From the NCBI GenBank assembly GCA_040374415.1, contig JBEIUK010000001.1, positions 1 to 38,638 of the forward strand: DNA of 38,638 nucleotides, given 5' to 3'. The notes beneath the pieces were generated by a model, which saw nothing but the letters and a program-made list of their open reading frames with translations, was not told the origin of the DNA and made no database searches. The position numbers and the translations under genes are program-made. The number at the start of each line of letters is the position of its first letter. Position 1 is the stretch's first letter. This DNA comes from Gemmatimonadaceae bacterium (GTDB lineage: Bacteria; Gemmatimonadota; Gemmatimonadetes; Gemmatimonadales; Gemmatimonadaceae). Of the stretch, positions 28,828-36,975 are shown piece after piece.

Positions 28828-29804
28828 TGCCGGTCAGCGTGCGCAGTTGGGGCCATGGTCGGCAGGTGGAGGGGCCCGCCGTGGCGACCCTCGCCGACAT
28901 TCCCGCGCTCAATGCGGTCTTCACTGAGGCCTTCACCGACCGCTATCGGCGCGATGGCTTGTTAGGGGTTCGGGTCCCGGCGCTCAGCGCGGCCATTTGG
29001 CGCTATGCGATTGAGGACGCCGGGGACGGGGCGCTCTGCTGGCGCGATGCGCGCGGTCAGATCGTGGCCTTCAACATGGTGCATCATTCCGGCACCGAAG
29101 GGTGGATGGGTCCGCTCTGTGTCCGACCGGATCATCAGGGGCATGGTGGCGGCAAAGTCATTGTGCAGGCCGGGATGCAGTGGCTGCGTCAGCAGGGCGT
29201 GCAGGTGATCGGTCTGGAAACCATGCCCCGCACCATCGACAACATTGGCTTTTATTCGTCGATGGGATTTGTGCCAGGGCATCTGACCATCACCCTCACG
29301 TTGGATGCCGCCGCCCACGACGTCCCGCATCTCTTGCTCACACGGTGTCCGAAGGTTGAGCGGGCGGACGTCATCGCGGGGTGTGCAGCGCTGACGGCGC
29401 GGATCATGCCGGGGTACGACTTCTCACGCGAGCTCGCATTGACCGATCGGCTCGCACTCGGTGATACGATTGTGCTGGGGCCTCGGCATGCCCCGACCGC
29501 CTTTGCGCTCGTGCATACCGCCCCCCTGATCGATGGGCGCGCACGGGATGAGGTGCGGGTGTTGAAGCTGGTTGCCACAGAGCGCGTGCAGGTCACGGAG
29601 CTCCTGAAGACGGTCGCGGATCTCGCGGCTCGTCAGGGCATTACGCGACTCGCGGTTCGCCTGCAGGGCGATCACCCGGATGTCTACCGCTCACTCATGG
29701 GCATGGGCGCGCGGGTGCGCTGGACCGACTTGCGCATGTGCGTGTCGGGGTGGGTGGAGCAGCCCCCGGGCCAGGGGATCCTGCTGTCCAACTGGGAGAT
29801 CTGA
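28824..29804 (+). CDS. GNAT-family N-acetyltransferase (probably two-domain)
   Basis: 'GWMGPLCVRPDHQGHGGGK' acetyl-CoA motif A and 'NIGFYSSMGF' motif B. ATGA overlap with the sbcC stop. Confidence 0.88.
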   Translation: MMPVSVRSWGHGRQVEGPAVATLADIPALNAVFTEAFTDRYRRDGLLGVRVPALSAAIWRYAIEDAGDGALCWRDARGQIVAFNMVHHSGTEGWMGPLCVRPDHQGHGGGKVIVQAGMQWLRQQGVQVIGLETMPRTIDNIGFYSSMGFVPGHLTITLTLDAAAHDVPHLLLTRCPKVERADVIAGCAALTARIMPGYDFSRELALTDRLALGDTIVLGPRHAPTAFALVHTAPLIDGRARDEVRVLKLVATERVQVTELLKTVADLAARQGITRLAVRLQGDHPDVYRSLMGMGARVRWTDLRMCVSGWVEQPPGQGILLSNWEI

Positions 29805-29820
29805 CGCCGCGGGGCGTGGC

Positions 29821-29988
29821 TCAGCGTTTCGGCTTGGTCGACGTGGTCCCGCGGACGACGATGCGCCAGATGATCACAACGACGCCACCGGTCAGGAGCA
29901 GATGCATCCAGCCGGGCACGTCCGTGGCCAACGTCAACCCCGCCCATACCGCCAGCATCAGGACACCGGCAAAGAGATAACCATCCAT
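29821..29988 (-). CDS. Small membrane protein (55 aa, two TM segments; lmo0937/DUF5670-like)
   Basis: 'MDGYLFAGVLMLAVWAGLTLATDVPGWMHLLLTGGVVVIIWRIV' plus a basic tail. The 'G..HLLL' pattern is present, with AGGA RBS upstream. Confidence 0.7.
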   Translation of the reverse strand: MDGYLFAGVLMLAVWAGLTLATDVPGWMHLLLTGGVVVIIWRIVVRGTTSTKPKR

Positions 29989-30014
29989 AGTCTGTGAATC
30001 CTGAAAGAGGCCGA

Positions 30015-30044
30015 TTGCGAAGGGTGCGACCTGCACGGTAGACT
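30015..30044 (+). promoter_or_regulatory. Putative sigma70 promoter for the 6S RNA
   Basis: TTGCGA (30015-30020), an 18-nt spacer, then TAGACT (30039-30044). Confidence 0.45.
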
Positions 30045-30050
30045 GTACGA

Positions 30051-30228
30051 AGGTAATCGTCGGTGAGCAATCGGGGCGGAGAGACTTACCTCTTGAGCCG
30101 ATAAGTCCTTAGAAGAGGCCTGACATCCGGGTGAACGTCATGCCCCAGTGCGGGGAAGGCGAAAGCGTGGTGAGGGCTTCATCAGTATTCTTTGGGCTTC
30201 AAGACCCCCTCTCCGTTCCGAATCTGGT
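30051..30228 (+). ncRNA. ssrS: 6S RNA
   Basis: Long closing stem (tcggggcggagag 30071-83 with ctctccgttccga 30209-21; tcttgagcc 30091-99 with ggcttcaaga 30195-204) and a central unpaired bubble (about 30100-111 and 30181-194). The motifs 'UGAGCCGAUA' and 'GGG.UUCAAG' match E. coli 6S as recalled. Flanked by a promoter and terminator. Ends are approximate. Confidence 0.75.
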
Positions 30229-30266
30229 GCGAACCCCCCGGGGAATCCCCCGGGGGGTTCGTGTTT
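30229..30266 (+). terminator. Terminator hairpin downstream of 6S RNA
   Basis: gcgaaccccccgggg-aatc-ccccggggggttcgt (15-bp stem) followed by gttt. Confidence 0.7.
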
Positions 30267-30300
30267 GGAACCCCGTGTGTTGTCCCGGGGTTCATCGGGT

Positions 30301-30714
30301 ATGCCTCACGTCACCGTGACCCGCGTCCTGCGGTTCAACGCCGCCCACCGGGTGCACAACCCGGCGCTCTCCGCGGAGGAGAACACCCGCCTGTTTGGGC
30401 TGTGTAACAACCCCAACTGGCATGGCCACAACTACCGGTTGGAAGTGTCGGTCAAGGGGCCGATCGACGCCACCACCGGGTATGTGATCGATCTGGGGGC
30501 GCTTCGGGGGATCGTGGAGCGCGAGGTGATCGACAAGACCGATCATCGCAATTTCAATATCGATGTCGAGTACACGCGTGACCTGATTCCGACCACGGAA
30601 AACATCATCGTCGCGATGTGGCGCGTCATTGCACCGGCGGTCGCACCCGCCCGTCTGGTGCGCCTGCGTCTTTGGGAAACGGACAACAACTATGCCGACT
30701 ATGAAGGGGATTGA
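30301..30714 (+). CDS. 6-pyruvoyl-tetrahydropterin synthase, COG0720/QueD family, PTPS-II-type signature
   Basis: 'FNAAHR', '[15 protein letters not shown]' (C-X5-HGH), 'TGYVIDL', 'DHRNFN', 'PTTENI' and 'LWET'. Confidence 0.92.
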   Translation: MPHVTVTRVLRFNAAHRVHNPALSAEENTRLFGLCNNPNWHGHNYRLEVSVKGPIDATTGYVIDLGALRGIVEREVIDKTDHRNFNIDVEYTRDLIPTTENIIVAMWRVIAPAVAPARLVRLRLWETDNNYADYEGD

Positions 30715-31354
30715 TCTCGGAGCCGCCAACGCCAGTCTCTCTGGCATGGCTGTCGATTCCGACGACCTCGTGATTGCCGATCCGCGCATGGTGGAGTTCG
30801 AAGCCATCATCCAGCGGCAGCTCGAATTGGTGGGCGAAGATCCCACCCGGGATGGTCTGCACAAGACGCCCAGCCGTGTCGCGAAGTCGCTCTCATGGCT
30901 GACGCGTGGCTATGGCATGGATGCGCGCGCCGTGATCGGCGATGCCCTCTTTGCGGAGTCCCACGAGAACATGGTGATGGTGCGCGACATCGAGATGTAT
31001 TCGATGTGCGAGCATCACATGCTCCCGTTTTTCGGCAAGGTGCACATCGCGTACATCCCGAGCGGCAAGATCGTTGGGTTGTCCAAGTTGCCGCGGGTGG
31101 TCGAGGTCTTCGCGCGCCGCTTGCAGGTGCAGGAGCGGCTCGGGGAACAGATCGCCGACGCCATCGAAGGCGTGCTTGCTCCCAAGGGCGTTGGCGTGGT
31201 CATCGAGGCCGTGCATCTGTGCATGATGATGCGCGGCGTGGAGAAGCAGAATTCCCGCACCATTACATCGTCGCTCCGCGGGCTCTTCCGGGACGACGCG
31301 AAAACGCGCAGCGAGTTCCTCCGACTCGCGCACGGGCGGTCGGAGTCGTTTTGA
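30701..31354 (+). CDS. folE: GTP cyclohydrolase I
   Basis: '[14 protein letters not shown]', '[12 protein letters not shown]', 'GLSKLPR', 'RLQVQERL' and 'HLCMMMRGV'. Start at 30701 or a nearby downstream ATG. Confidence 0.96.
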   Translation: MKGIDLGAANASLSGMAVDSDDLVIADPRMVEFEAIIQRQLELVGEDPTRDGLHKTPSRVAKSLSWLTRGYGMDARAVIGDALFAESHENMVMVRDIEMYSMCEHHMLPFFGKVHIAYIPSGKIVGLSKLPRVVEVFARRLQVQERLGEQIADAIEGVLAPKGVGVVIEAVHLCMMMRGVEKQNSRTITSSLRGLFRDDAKTRSEFLRLAHGRSESF

Positions 31355-32061
31355 GCCTCGCCGGTCGCTGCGCGCTCGTCACGGGCGCGTCCCGTGGTAT
31401 TGGCTACGCGGTGGCGCAGCGGCTGGTGGCGTCGGGGGCCGATGTGGTCATGGTCGCCCGGGGCGCCGAGGCCCTCACGGCGGCGGCGGAGGCCCTTGGG
31501 TCGCGCGCGCATCCGCTGGCGGGTGACATCTCGGATCCGGCCACGGTCTATGCGCTCGCCGATACCATGGCCGCGCAGGGGTTGCAGCCGGATATCCTGA
31601 TCAACAATGCCGGGCTCTTCTCCCTCGCGCCGTTGGCGACCATGGCGCCTGCGGACTTCACCGAGATGATTCAGGTCAATCTGGTCGGTCCGTTCCTGCT
31701 GCTCCGCTCGCTGGTGCCCGGGATGACCGCGCGCGGTGCCGGCCACGTCGTGTCCATTGGGTCGGTGGCCGATCGGGCCGTCTTTCCGGGGAATGGCGCG
31801 TATGCGGCCAGCAAGTACGGGCAGCGCGCGATGCATGAGGCCCTCCGCCAAGAGCTGCGGGGGACCGGGGTGCGCTGCACGCTCATCTCGCCGGCCGCCA
31901 CCGATACCCCCATCTGGGATCCGATTGATCCGGATCATCAGCCGGGATTCCCCACGCGGGCCTCGATGCTCCGCCCAGAGGATGTCGCAGAAGCCGTGCA
32001 TTGGGCGGTCCTGCAGCCGGCACATGTCACGATCGACGAACTGCGGCTGTCGTCCAGCTGA
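31351..32061 (+). CDS. Short-chain dehydrogenase/reductase; candidate sepiapterin reductase
   Basis: [12 protein letters not shown] and S...YAASK. The TTG at 31351 overlaps the folE stop and has a GGAG RBS. The SDR call is firm; the substrate is inferred. Confidence 0.88.
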   Translation: MSLAGRCALVTGASRGIGYAVAQRLVASGADVVMVARGAEALTAAAEALGSRAHPLAGDISDPATVYALADTMAAQGLQPDILINNAGLFSLAPLATMAPADFTEMIQVNLVGPFLLLRSLVPGMTARGAGHVVSIGSVADRAVFPGNGAYAASKYGQRAMHEALRQELRGTGVRCTLISPAATDTPIWDPIDPDHQPGFPTRASMLRPEDVAEAVHWAVLQPAHVTIDELRLSSS

Positions 32062-32093
32062 CCCCGCACCGCGGTGCGCGCTAGGTTGCCCCC

Positions 32094-32762
32094 ATGCGCG
32101 TTGATTGCCTCGAACGGCTTCGCTGTCCCGCAGACCATCCGTCGTCCCCACTGATCACCCTCGCCACGCACCGCGCGGGCGAACATGTCATCGACGGCGT
32201 GCTCGGCTGCCCGATCTGCGGGGCCGAGTTTGCGATTGCGCGCGGGGTGGCACACCTCGGACCGCCGCCCGCGAACGGGGACGCAACCACCAACGCGAGC
32301 GCGGCGGCCACCGGCCAGGTGGATCCGTGGCGCCTCGCGGCGCTGCTGGACCTCACCACGCCCGCGCGCCGCGTGCTCCTGACCGGGACATGGGCTCAGG
32401 CGGCCGACGCGCTCCAGGGGGCCACGGAGGCCCGGTGCGTGGTCCTGAACGGGGTCGGCGCGGCGCAGCTCATGGGCACCGATGCGCCGGACGCCCTGTC
32501 GCTCCCGATTGGCCACCGGCTGCCCCTCGGTGACGCAACGCTCGATGGCCTGGCGGTCGATGGCGCGCATCTGACATTTCTGGCCGATGCAGGCCGTGTC
32601 CTCCGGTCAGCTGGCCGGCTGGTGGCCCCGGTCACGGCCGCCATCCCCGACGGGTGCCGAGAGCTCGCACGGGATGCCGAGCTGTGGGTGGCGACGGCCG
32701 ACGCAGCGTCCGCCGTCAGCGCACCCGTCCCGCTCCGTCGTCAGTCGCCGCCGTCAGCGTAG
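32094..32762 (+). CDS. Trm112-like N-terminal domain fused to a degenerate class I methyltransferase-like domain
   Basis: 'LRCP..H...G.L.CPIC..EFAI.RGV' (Trm112-like) and 'LPLGDATLD...GRVLRSAGRLV' (MTase motifs). No GxGxG motif. Confidence 0.65.
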   Translation: MRVDCLERLRCPADHPSSPLITLATHRAGEHVIDGVLGCPICGAEFAIARGVAHLGPPPANGDATTNASAAATGQVDPWRLAALLDLTTPARRVLLTGTWAQAADALQGATEARCVVLNGVGAAQLMGTDAPDALSLPIGHRLPLGDATLDGLAVDGAHLTFLADAGRVLRSAGRLVAPVTAAIPDGCRELARDAELWVATADAASAVSAPVPLRRQSPPSA

Positions 32763-34606
32763 AGCTGATCGATCATCGCCTTATAGGTCGTGTCGATCAC
32801 GCGGCGCTTCACCTTGAGCGTCGGCGTCAGCTCCCCGCGCTCCACGCTGAAGTCCTGCTCAATGAGCGCCACCTTCTTCGGCATTTCGAAGGACGCGAGC
32901 CCCACCAAACTGCTGCGCACTTCCGCCTCCATCTTCTGCTGCACCGCCGGTCGGGCCAGCAGCTCCGGATGCGTGCTCGTCGTGATGCCCTGCGACGCGG
33001 CCCACGGCACCAGCTGGTCGTAGTTTGGCACCACGAGTACCGAAGGGAATTTCCGCTTATCGCCCAGCATCACGGCCTGCGAAATGAACGGATTGGTCTT
33101 CAGCCGATTCTCGATGGGCTGCGGCGCAATGTTCTTGCCGCCGGCGGTGACGATGATGTCTTTCTTGCGATCGGTGATGCGCAGGAAGCCATCACGCAGC
33201 TCGCCAATGTCACCGGTATGGAACCAGCCATCCGCATCGATCGCCTCCCGCGTCGCATCCGGGTTGTTGTAATACCCGAGCATGATGTGCGGCCCGCGCG
33301 ACAGAATCTCTCCATCGGGGGCAATCATGATCTCGACGCCCGGAATGGGCCGCCCCACTGTCCCGATCCGATAGTGCTGCATGTTGTTGCAGCTGATGAC
33401 CGGTGACGTTTCCGTCAGCCCATAGCCTTCCAGGATGATCAATCCCGCGCTGTAGAAGAACAGTGCGATCTCTGGAGAGAGTGGCGCGCCCCCGGAGACG
33501 AAAAAGCGCAGCCGGCCGCCGGTCCGCTCCTGCAGCTTGCTGAAGACCAACCGATGGGCGATCCGATACTGGACCGAGAGCAACACGCCGGGGGTCTGAC
33601 CAGCCAGCCGACGCTGCGCCCACTGTTCGCCCACGCGCCGAGCCCACCCAAAAATCGCGCGCTTCGCCGCACCACCCGCCATCGCCCCTTCCACCACGCG
33701 TGCGTAGATCTTCTCGTACAGGCGCGGCACCGACATCATCATCGAGGGGCGCATCTCGAGCATGTTCGCCGAGACGGTGTCGATGGATTCCGCATACGCG
33801 ATCTTCACGCCGTTCGCGAACAGGTAGTAGTCGCCCGTGCGCTCAAAGATGTGGCTCAGTGGCAGGAAGCTCAGGCACACATCACCCGGCTGCACCGTGA
33901 TCGTGTTGGTCACGGCTGACAGGTTGCTGAACAGGTTGTCCTGCGTCAGCATCACCCCTTTCGGGTTCCCGGTGGTGCCCGACGTGTAGATCAATGTGAT
34001 CAGCTGATCCGGGGAGACGGCGAGCGCTTCCTCCCGAAAGCGCTCGGCAGCGTCAGGCGAATCGGCGGCGCGGCCACGCGCTTCGACCTCCGCCATCGTC
34101 AGATCACACCCGTCCATCGCCCCAGCGTCCACGCCAATCACATACTGGAGCCCAGGGACCTGCGCCCGGATCGAGGCCACTTTCTGCGCCTGCTCCGGCG
34201 TTGAGACCAGCATCGCCTTCGCGCCGGAGTTGTTGAGCAGATACGGCAGCTGCTCCGCCGGCAACGTCGGGTAGATCGGCACATTCACGATCGAACGACA
34301 CAGGCAGGCGTAGTCGGTGATCATCCACTCGGGACGATTCTCCGACAGAATGGCGACGCGGTCCTGCGCGGCGATCCCCAGCGTGGCGAGCCCCAGCGCC
34401 ATATGCCGCACCCGCTCGAGGATGGTGGCATGACTGAGCGGGGTCCATGCGCCTTGCACCTTCGCGCTGACCGCGTCGGGAAACCCGAACCGATCCACGG
34501 CGGCGAAAAACAGGCTATTCACCGTCCCGCGCGGCGGACGCGGGCCACCGGTGGCGTAGGCGGTGGTCGGGGACGGGGGGGACGGGAACCGGTCGGACAT
34601 GGTCAA
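32741..34606 (-). CDS. Long-chain fatty acid-CoA ligase (AMP-binding, FadD15/ACSL-like)
   Basis: 'IYTSGTTGNPKG', 'FLPLSHIFER', 'VPRLYEK', 'EGYGLTET', 'WFHTGDIG' and 'ITDRKKDIIVTAGGKN'. Start at TTG 34606 or ATG 34600. Confidence 0.94.
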   Translation of the reverse strand: MTMSDRFPSPPSPTTAYATGGPRPPRGTVNSLFFAAVDRFGFPDAVSAKVQGAWTPLSHATILERVRHMALGLATLGIAAQDRVAILSENRPEWMITDYACLCRSIVNVPIYPTLPAEQLPYLLNNSGAKAMLVSTPEQAQKVASIRAQVPGLQYVIGVDAGAMDGCDLTMAEVEARGRAADSPDAAERFREEALAVSPDQLITLIYTSGTTGNPKGVMLTQDNLFSNLSAVTNTITVQPGDVCLSFLPLSHIFERTGDYYLFANGVKIAYAESIDTVSANMLEMRPSMMMSVPRLYEKIYARVVEGAMAGGAAKRAIFGWARRVGEQWAQRRLAGQTPGVLLSVQYRIAHRLVFSKLQERTGGRLRFFVSGGAPLSPEIALFFYSAGLIILEGYGLTETSPVISCNNMQHYRIGTVGRPIPGVEIMIAPDGEILSRGPHIMLGYYNNPDATREAIDADGWFHTGDIGELRDGFLRITDRKKDIIVTAGGKNIAPQPIENRLKTNPFISQAVMLGDKRKFPSVLVVPNYDQLVPWAASQGITTSTHPELLARPAVQQKMEAEVRSSLVGLASFEMPKKVALIEQDFSVERGELTPTLKVKRRVIDTTYKAMIDQLYADGGD

Positions 34607-35475
34607 TTGCCTCGCTTCACGGGAAAAACCAGGCGGATGGGCGCACCACGCACTGCCAGACCACGGTAGGTCACGGTCGCCCGGACCACAATACTGTCGG
34701 TCACGCCCGCCGCAGGGAAATTCGCGGCCCGAATGCGCACTTTCCGCCCGGCGACGCCGGACGCATCGGTGGTGTCCAAGACCGACGCGCGCCCCGCGTC
34801 GTCGACCAGCCAGGCCACTTTGGTCGTATCGTTGTTCGGATTCGCCGGCGACAGCAACTCATAGCGCACCGGCCACGCCGTGACCGTGCTGCTGGCTCCC
34901 GGCGTCTCCACATGCCGCACGACCACGGTGAGCGCTGGGGAGGAATTGGCGGTCGCCCCACTCTTCCCCGTATCTGGCAGGGTGGTTGTGAAGAGACTCA
35001 GTGCTGGCTGCCCCGTGCGATCGGCCGAGTCTGGGCGTGTGGTGACCACGACCGGCAAAATCACCTGTAACGTCCCCGAGACGCGGGCCGCGAGGCGCGC
35101 GTCTCCTCTGGCCACCTTCACGGCGCGGACAAGGCCGCTCACGGAATCCACCAGGAGCGCCGAATCCCGCGGATAGTCGGCGTAGAGATACCGGACCGGC
35201 GCGTCGAGGATCACGGTCCCCGCGACATTCCGGACGATCGCCTTCACGGGGGCCACGACGCCATCAATGGTGCGCAGGGTATCGCCGATCACCACCGACG
35301 GCGAGGGCAGGGCGTCCATCTCGATCGATCCGGGGACGTCGGGCGCGGCACTCACATCGGAACAGCCACTCAGCCCTGCCAGCACGGCCCCGAGCCCCAC
35401 GCGGCCGAACGCGGCCAGCCGCTTGGTGGCCCCGCGCGGGCACCCGTCGCGAGGACCGCCCCAACCCCAGCTCAC
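34603..35475 (-). CDS. Hypothetical lipoprotein (beta-rich, possibly Ig-like)
   Basis: Lipobox '[11 protein letters not shown]', T/V-rich. It overlaps both neighbours by 4 nt. Confidence 0.7.
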   Translation of the reverse strand: MSWGWGGPRDGCPRGATKRLAAFGRVGLGAVLAGLSGCSDVSAAPDVPGSIEMDALPSPSVVIGDTLRTIDGVVAPVKAIVRNVAGTVILDAPVRYLYADYPRDSALLVDSVSGLVRAVKVARGDARLAARVSGTLQVILPVVVTTRPDSADRTGQPALSLFTTTLPDTGKSGATANSSPALTVVVRHVETPGASSTVTAWPVRYELLSPANPNNDTTKVAWLVDDAGRASVLDTTDASGVAGRKVRIRAANFPAAGVTDSIVVRATVTYRGLAVRGAPIRLVFPVKRGN

Positions 35476-36239
35476 GCGAACCGCTCCGATAGCTGCGTGG
35501 CGAGATTCACGTACGCCTGACTCGCGGCATCGGAGGGGGCACGCACGACCACGGGCTGCCCCACCGCAAAGGCATCGGCGGTGGCGGCCGTGCGGGGGAT
35601 CGGATCGGCGAAGACCAAATGCTTGGGGAGGAATTCGCGCGCGTAATGCAGCACCCGCTCCGAGGCCGCGTTCCCCGCCTCGTACATCGTCAGCAGCAAT
35701 CCTTCGAGCGCCAGCTGATCGTTCTCCGCGACCATCCCTTGAATCGCGCGCAGGATCTGCGGCGTGGTTTGCAGGGCGAGTGGCTCACACTGCAGCGGCA
35801 CCAGCACATGCTGACTCGCGGCCAATACGCGGCGGGTAATGGCGCCGAGCCCTGGGGGCGTATCGACCACCACGACGTGACACCGCTCGCGTGCGGTGGC
35901 CAACAGATCACCCAGCACGGTCGTGTTGCCAACCTGCTGTTGGAAGGCCGAATGATCGGCCCGTTCGCTCACACTGCCCGCGAGGATCACGCGCAGCCAC
36001 GGCAGTCCCGTGGGGAGGATCACATCGCGGAGCGTCTTCTCACCGCGCAGATAGTCGTCAAAGCCAGCCGTGGCATGGCCGCGACGCAACCCCACGCCGT
36101 AGCGCACCGCGCCTTGCGGATCGGCATCGACCAGCAACGTCTTGAGCCCGCGGCGCGCAAAGGCGGCGGCCAGATTCACCGCGGTGGTCGTCTTCCCGAC
36201 CCCACCCTTTTGGCTGACAATGGCCAGAACGCGCCCCAC
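35472..36239 (-). CDS. ParA/Soj-family ATPase (orphan)
   Basis: Deviant Walker A 'QKGGVGKTT', 'VDADPQG', 'VDTPP' and '[10 protein letters not shown]'. Confidence 0.92.
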   Translation of the reverse strand: MGRVLAIVSQKGGVGKTTTAVNLAAAFARRGLKTLLVDADPQGAVRYGVGLRRGHATAGFDDYLRGEKTLRDVILPTGLPWLRVILAGSVSERADHSAFQQQVGNTTVLGDLLATARERCHVVVVDTPPGLGAITRRVLAASQHVLVPLQCEPLALQTTPQILRAIQGMVAENDQLALEGLLLTMYEAGNAASERVLHYAREFLPKHLVFADPIPRTAATADAFAVGQPVVVRAPSDAASQAYVNLATQLSERFA

Positions 36240-36240
36240 G

Positions 36241-36720
36241 TCAGCCCTCCGCGGCTGATGCGCGGTCGGAATCTGTGGCGCGCTCGGGCTCAGGTGTGTC
36301 CATCCCCTTCAGCTGATCCAGCGTCCGCTGGGCATGCGCACGGAATTGCGTGGACGCCGCATCGGTCTCGCTCGTGGTGCGCAGATACGACTCCAGATGG
36401 AGACCGGCATGCGCCGTGTCGCCACGCTTCAGCAGAAGGAACGCCAGCCCGTAGTGCGCCCCGGCGAGATCCGGTGCCAGTTGCAGGGCACGGCGATAGG
36501 TGCGGATCGCCTCTTCCGGTTGCCCGGTTTTCGAGAAGGCGATCGCAATGTTTTGCAGGACCCCCAGATCGTCGGGGCGCTCGCGCAGGGCAAGGCGATA
36601 CGACGTCAGGGCGTTCGCAAAATCGCCGCGGCCCTCAAGTTCCAAGGCCTCAGCCAGATAATCCGTGGGGCGAGTGGATCGCCCGCCGCTGCCGCCCACG
36701 AGGCGGCGCCACCAAGTCAT
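36241..36720 (-). CDS. Tetratricopeptide-repeat protein
   Basis: About three TPRs: '[25 protein letters not shown]', '[29 protein letters not shown]' and '[14 protein letters not shown]'. ATG at 36720. Confidence 0.88.
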   Translation of the reverse strand: MTWWRRLVGGSGGRSTRPTDYLAEALELEGRGDFANALTSYRLALRERPDDLGVLQNIAIAFSKTGQPEEAIRTYRRALQLAPDLAGAHYGLAFLLLKRGDTAHAGLHLESYLRTTSETDAASTQFRAHAQRTLDQLKGMDTPEPERATDSDRASAAEG

Positions 36721-36913
36721 GCGCGCGCGGTGGATCGGAGGATGAGAAGGGAAGACGACACGTGAGTCAGGGCAAAGTATCGGCCGGGCCCGGCCCCAAC
36801 AAGGCACGGAGGACGATGCCCCCGCCGCTGGGCCCCGGTATCGGGGAAATCCTGCTGGTCCCGTACCCCTGATCGTACTACTCTGCCATGACGTGGGTGT
36901 TGGCGTGTTGCAC

Positions 36914-36975
36914 AGCGCCAGGAGCGCCAGGAGCGCCTCCGGAGTGCCTCCGGAGCGTCCCTGGAACGTCCCTGG
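36914..36975 (+). repeat. Six tandem 9-11 nt units in the intergenic region/leader
   Basis: agcgccagg, agcgccagg, agcgcctccgg, agtgcctccgg, agcgtccctgg, aacgtccctgg. Confidence 0.8.

Noticed and set aside
30071-30222. tRNA, SRP RNA or tmRNA identity for the structured RNA
   Set aside because: No cloverleaf/TpsiC arm and no SRP 'CAGG...GGAA...AGCAG' motif. The rod-with-bubble shape fits 6S.
30229-30300. preQ1 riboswitch upstream of the queD-like gene
   Set aside because: Although 'ggttc' occurs, there is no preQ1 hairpin with an A-rich tail, and the enzyme has the PTPS-II rather than the QueD signature.
30895-31350. N-terminal extension of the SDR ORF (388 aa)
   Set aside because: It overlaps folE in another frame. 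The TTG at 31351 with a GGAG RBS is the logical start.
35472-36239. Plasmid or prophage partition locus
   Set aside because: No parB, rep, integrase or phage genes are present, and the neighbours are chromosomal housekeeping genes.
36914-36975. CRISPR array
   Set aside because: The units are 9-11 nt with no spacers, and there are no cas genes. The coding repeats at about 523-885 and 17627-17686 are likewise not CRISPR.
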